Of a stretch of 38,423 nucleotides of DNA, positions 36,060 to 38,423 are shown one piece after another. The stretch is from positions 1 through 38,423 of the forward strand of contig CAZHYD010000001.1 of NCBI GenBank assembly GCA_964536645.1, written 5' to 3'. The stretch comes from an uncultured Ruminococcus sp. (GTDB lineage: Bacteria; Bacillota; Clostridia; Oscillospirales; Acutalibacteraceae). The notes beneath the pieces were generated by a model. The model was not told the DNA's origin and did no database searches. It was given only the letters and a program-made list of their open reading frames with translations. A program made the position numbers and the translations under genes. Position 1 is the stretch's first letter, and each line of letters opens with the position of its first letter.

Positions 36060-36614
36060 ATGGCTGCATATTATCTTATATCGCAGTTACCGTCACTCGA
36101 CGGTAATGGCGAAAATATGCCTGTTCCTATAACGGAAGAACGCTTTTTAGAGCTCTGCAACCGTTTTTTAGGCAAAACGGCGCAAAACGAATTAAAAAAA
36201 CTTACACTTATGCCGCCAAAAGCTTATGAAAAATCAACCTCACCTTTGGTTGAAAAGTGGAATGACGGTGAAAGAAACTTGCGACTGGCCCTTGCTAAAG
36301 TTCGAGCAGACAAAATGAAAAAAGCATTTGATTTTGAAAAAGAACCTATGCCCGCTGAACTTATGAAAGCGGCAAGCACTGCAGTAGAGTTTGAAAGCCC
36401 GCTCGAAGCGGAAAAATTCCTGAACAGTTACCGTTTGGAATTTTTGGAAACACTAAGACCTATGGACAACTTCTCGGAAGATTTTGTCTTTTACTACGGG
36501 CTTAAATTAAAACTGATTTTGCGGGCAAGACAGTTTGATACTAACGCAGGCGATATCGCATATAAAAATATTTACAACTCCATTTTGAATGGAGACAGGT
36601 TGGAGGCTATATGA
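36060..36614 (+). CDS. DUF2764-like protein of V-ATPase operons (possible C/d-subunit substitute)
   Basis: 184 aa. The N-terminal AAYYLISQLPSL and its position between subunits E and A match my recollection of DUF2764 in Bacteroidetes/spirochaete-type V-ATPase operons. Not verified by search. Confidence 0.5.
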   Translation: MAAYYLISQLPSLDGNGENMPVPITEERFLELCNRFLGKTAQNELKKLTLMPPKAYEKSTSPLVEKWNDGERNLRLALAKVRADKMKKAFDFEKEPMPAELMKAASTAVEFESPLEAEKFLNSYRLEFLETLRPMDNFSEDFVFYYGLKLKLILRARQFDTNAGDIAYKNIYNSILNGDRLEAI

Positions 36615-38383
36615 TGACCGAAAATACAGGTAAGGTTGTAAGCATTAACGGAAACTTGGTATCTGTCGAATTTCAAGGCCACGTTTCTATGAATGAAATA
36701 TGTTACGTTAAGGTAGACGGCACCGCCCTCAAGAGTGAGGTTATCCGTATTCGCGGAAATATCGCGCAAATTCAGGTTTATGAAATGACCGGAGGTATCA
36801 AGTGCGGTGACGAGGTTGAATTTACCGGCGATATGCTCTCGGCAGACTTAGGACCCGGTTTGCTTGGCCAAATTTATGACGGACTTCAAAATCCGCTACC
36901 CATTTTAGCCGAACAGGCTGGTTGGTTTTTAGAGCGCGGCGTTTATGCTGACGGACTCGACGTCGAGAAAAAGTGGGAATTTACCCCCACCGCCAAGGTT
37001 GGTGATACTTTGCGCGCGGGCGAGTATATCGGAACCGTTCCCGAAGGCCCCTTTACACACAAAATCTTTGTTCCCTTTTATCTGCTTGGTAATTACACTT
37101 TGAAATCTATTGTAGAAAAGGGTGAATATACCGTAAACGAAACCGTTGCAGTTATAGCAGACGAACGCGGCCGCGAAATAAAGGTTGCTATGTCGTTTAA
37201 ATGGCCGGTTAAGCGCGCCGTAAAATGCTACAGCGAAAGATTAGCCCCCGTTGAAACGATGGAAACGAAGGTGCGTCTTATCGACTCCTTCTTCCCCGTT
37301 GCAAAGGGTGGCACCTACTGCACACCCGGACCTTTCGGCGCAGGCAAAACCGTGTTACAGCATACCACCTCGAAATACGCCGACGTTGACATTGTTATAA
37401 TTGCCGCTTGCGGCGAGCGCGCGGGTGAGGTTGTTGAAACCTTGACCGAGTTCCCCGAACTTACCGACCCCAAAACCGGACGTTCACTTATGGAACGCAC
37501 CATCATTATATGTAACACCTCTTCAATGCCCGTAGCATCCCGTGAAGCTTCGGTTTACACCTCGGTAACACTTGCTGAGTATTATCGTCAGATGGGTCTT
37601 AACGTTCTGCTTTTGGCAGATTCAACTTCACGTTGGGCGCAGGCGCTTCGCGAAATGTCGGGCAGACTTGAAGAAATCCCCGGCGAAGAAGCCTTCCCCG
37701 CTTACCTTGAATCGTATATTGCCGCCTTCTACGAAAGAGCGGGCTATGTTCGCTTGCCCGACGGCAGCACAGGCTCTGTTACAATCGGCGGTACCGTTTC
37801 CCCAGCGGGCGGTAACTTTGAAGAACCCGTAACACAGGCAACCTTAAAAGTTGTTGGCGCTTTCCACGGTCTTTCACGCGAACGCTCCGACGCGAGAAAA
37901 TATCCCGCTATTGACCCGCTTATTTCTTGGTCTAAATACAAGGGCGTTATAGACCCGAAAAAGTCACAGTATTGCAAAGACATTCTTCACCACGGTGATG
38001 AAATCGGCTCTATGATGAAGGTTGTAGGCGAAGAAGGCACTACCCTTTCGGACTATATGATTTACCTTAAGGAAGAAATGCTTGACGCGGTTTATTTGCA
38101 GCAAAACTCCTTTGACCTAATTGAAGCAAACTGCACAACCGCACGTCAGCGCTACGTTACCGACAAGCTTATATATGTTTTAGGCAGTGAATATGCCATT
38201 GACACCAAGGACGAAGCCCGTAACTTTATTAACCGCCTGCGCCAGAAGTTTATTGACTGGAATTACACTGAATTTGAAAGCGAAGCCTTTAAAAAGGTTG
38301 AGGGCGAAATTGATGTTCTCTACACAAATGCAAGCGGCAGCTTAACCAAAGAAGCAGAACTTTTATTAAAGGACGGTGAGTAA
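36611..38383 (+). CDS. V-type ATP synthase catalytic subunit A
   Basis: 590 aa with Walker A GPFGAGKTV, Walker B-region LLLADSTSRWA and the typical non-homologous insert region. The ATGATG start overlaps the upstream stop. Confidence 0.93.
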   Translation: MMTENTGKVVSINGNLVSVEFQGHVSMNEICYVKVDGTALKSEVIRIRGNIAQIQVYEMTGGIKCGDEVEFTGDMLSADLGPGLLGQIYDGLQNPLPILAEQAGWFLERGVYADGLDVEKKWEFTPTAKVGDTLRAGEYIGTVPEGPFTHKIFVPFYLLGNYTLKSIVEKGEYTVNETVAVIADERGREIKVAMSFKWPVKRAVKCYSERLAPVETMETKVRLIDSFFPVAKGGTYCTPGPFGAGKTVLQHTTSKYADVDIVIIAACGERAGEVVETLTEFPELTDPKTGRSLMERTIIICNTSSMPVASREASVYTSVTLAEYYRQMGLNVLLLADSTSRWAQALREMSGRLEEIPGEEAFPAYLESYIAAFYERAGYVRLPDGSTGSVTIGGTVSPAGGNFEEPVTQATLKVVGAFHGLSRERSDARKYPAIDPLISWSKYKGVIDPKKSQYCKDILHHGDEIGSMMKVVGEEGTTLSDYMIYLKEEMLDAVYLQQNSFDLIEANCTTARQRYVTDKLIYVLGSEYAIDTKDEARNFINRLRQKFIDWNYTEFESEAFKKVEGEIDVLYTNASGSLTKEAELLLKDGE

Positions 38384-38385
38384 GA

Positions 38386-38423
38386 ATGAATAAAGTATTT
38401 AACCGAATTGAATCTATCACCGG
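38386..38423 (+). CDS. V-type ATP synthase subunit B, first 12 codons only; the gene runs off the right edge
   Basis: The ATG lies 2 nt after the subunit A stop and reads MNKVFNRIESIT. The call rests on position in the operon only. Confidence 0.5.
   Translation, partial: MNKVFNRIESIT

Noticed and set aside
1-38423. Scan for CRISPR repeats, transposase or integrase genes, toxin-antitoxin pairs, restriction-modification or other defence modules, riboswitches and T-boxes.
   Set aside because: No spaced repeat arrays. No ORF carries recombinase, nuclease-defence or methyltransferase motifs, apart from rsmH. Every intergenic region of about 100 nt or more is accounted for by promoters and terminators, apart from the open 31096-31195 leader reported as a finding. 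A covariance-model scan (Rfam) would be the decisive check for small RNAs.

Overview
This window looks like core chromosome from a low-GC Gram-positive anaerobe, probably Clostridia. I found no convincing novel system, and the leads below are modest. There are no transposases, integrases, CRISPR arrays, recognisable defence genes or repeat families.

Layout:
- **1-11.5 kb, minus strand:** a compact division and cell-wall (dcw) cluster: mraZ-rsmH-ftsL-PBP-murE-mraY-ftsW/spoVE-murG-murA-ftsQ, then the start of ftsZ.
- **11.7-16.3 kb:** nth, an orphan PTS-EIIC-like permease, a D-2-hydroxyacid dehydrogenase, a histidine phosphatase, ruvX and a PHP phosphoesterase.
- **16.4-30.8 kb, minus strand:** a split transketolase, then a tightly packed 13-gene array joining miaB-ricA-mutS-mutL-miaA to the ylm/divIVA block (MFP-like gene, yggS, sepF, ylmH, divIVA, lspA, rluD).
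- **30.9-38.4 kb:** a stand-alone tRNA-Leu(UAA), a DeoR regulator divergent from a three-gene GlpA-like/FAD oxidoreductase/DUF1667 cluster, and the start of a V-type ATPase operon (E, DUF2764-like, A, B').

Best leads:
- an orphan membrane-fusion (HlyD-like) protein translationally coupled inside the miaA-yggS-sepF block;
- a mirror-symmetric pair of overlapping divergent promoters between deoR and the glp-like operon;
- a helically phased AAAGTG-type box array at the mraZ promoter;
- a RicA/YmcA-like protein with a Cys-rich tail;
- a tRNA-Leu(UAA) with the MiaA/MiaB A36-A37-A38 signature, lying divergent to miaB;
- a small Shine-Dalgarno (SD)-preceded hydrophobic ORF next to the tRNA.

Product calls rest on motifs and synteny read by eye, not on database searches.
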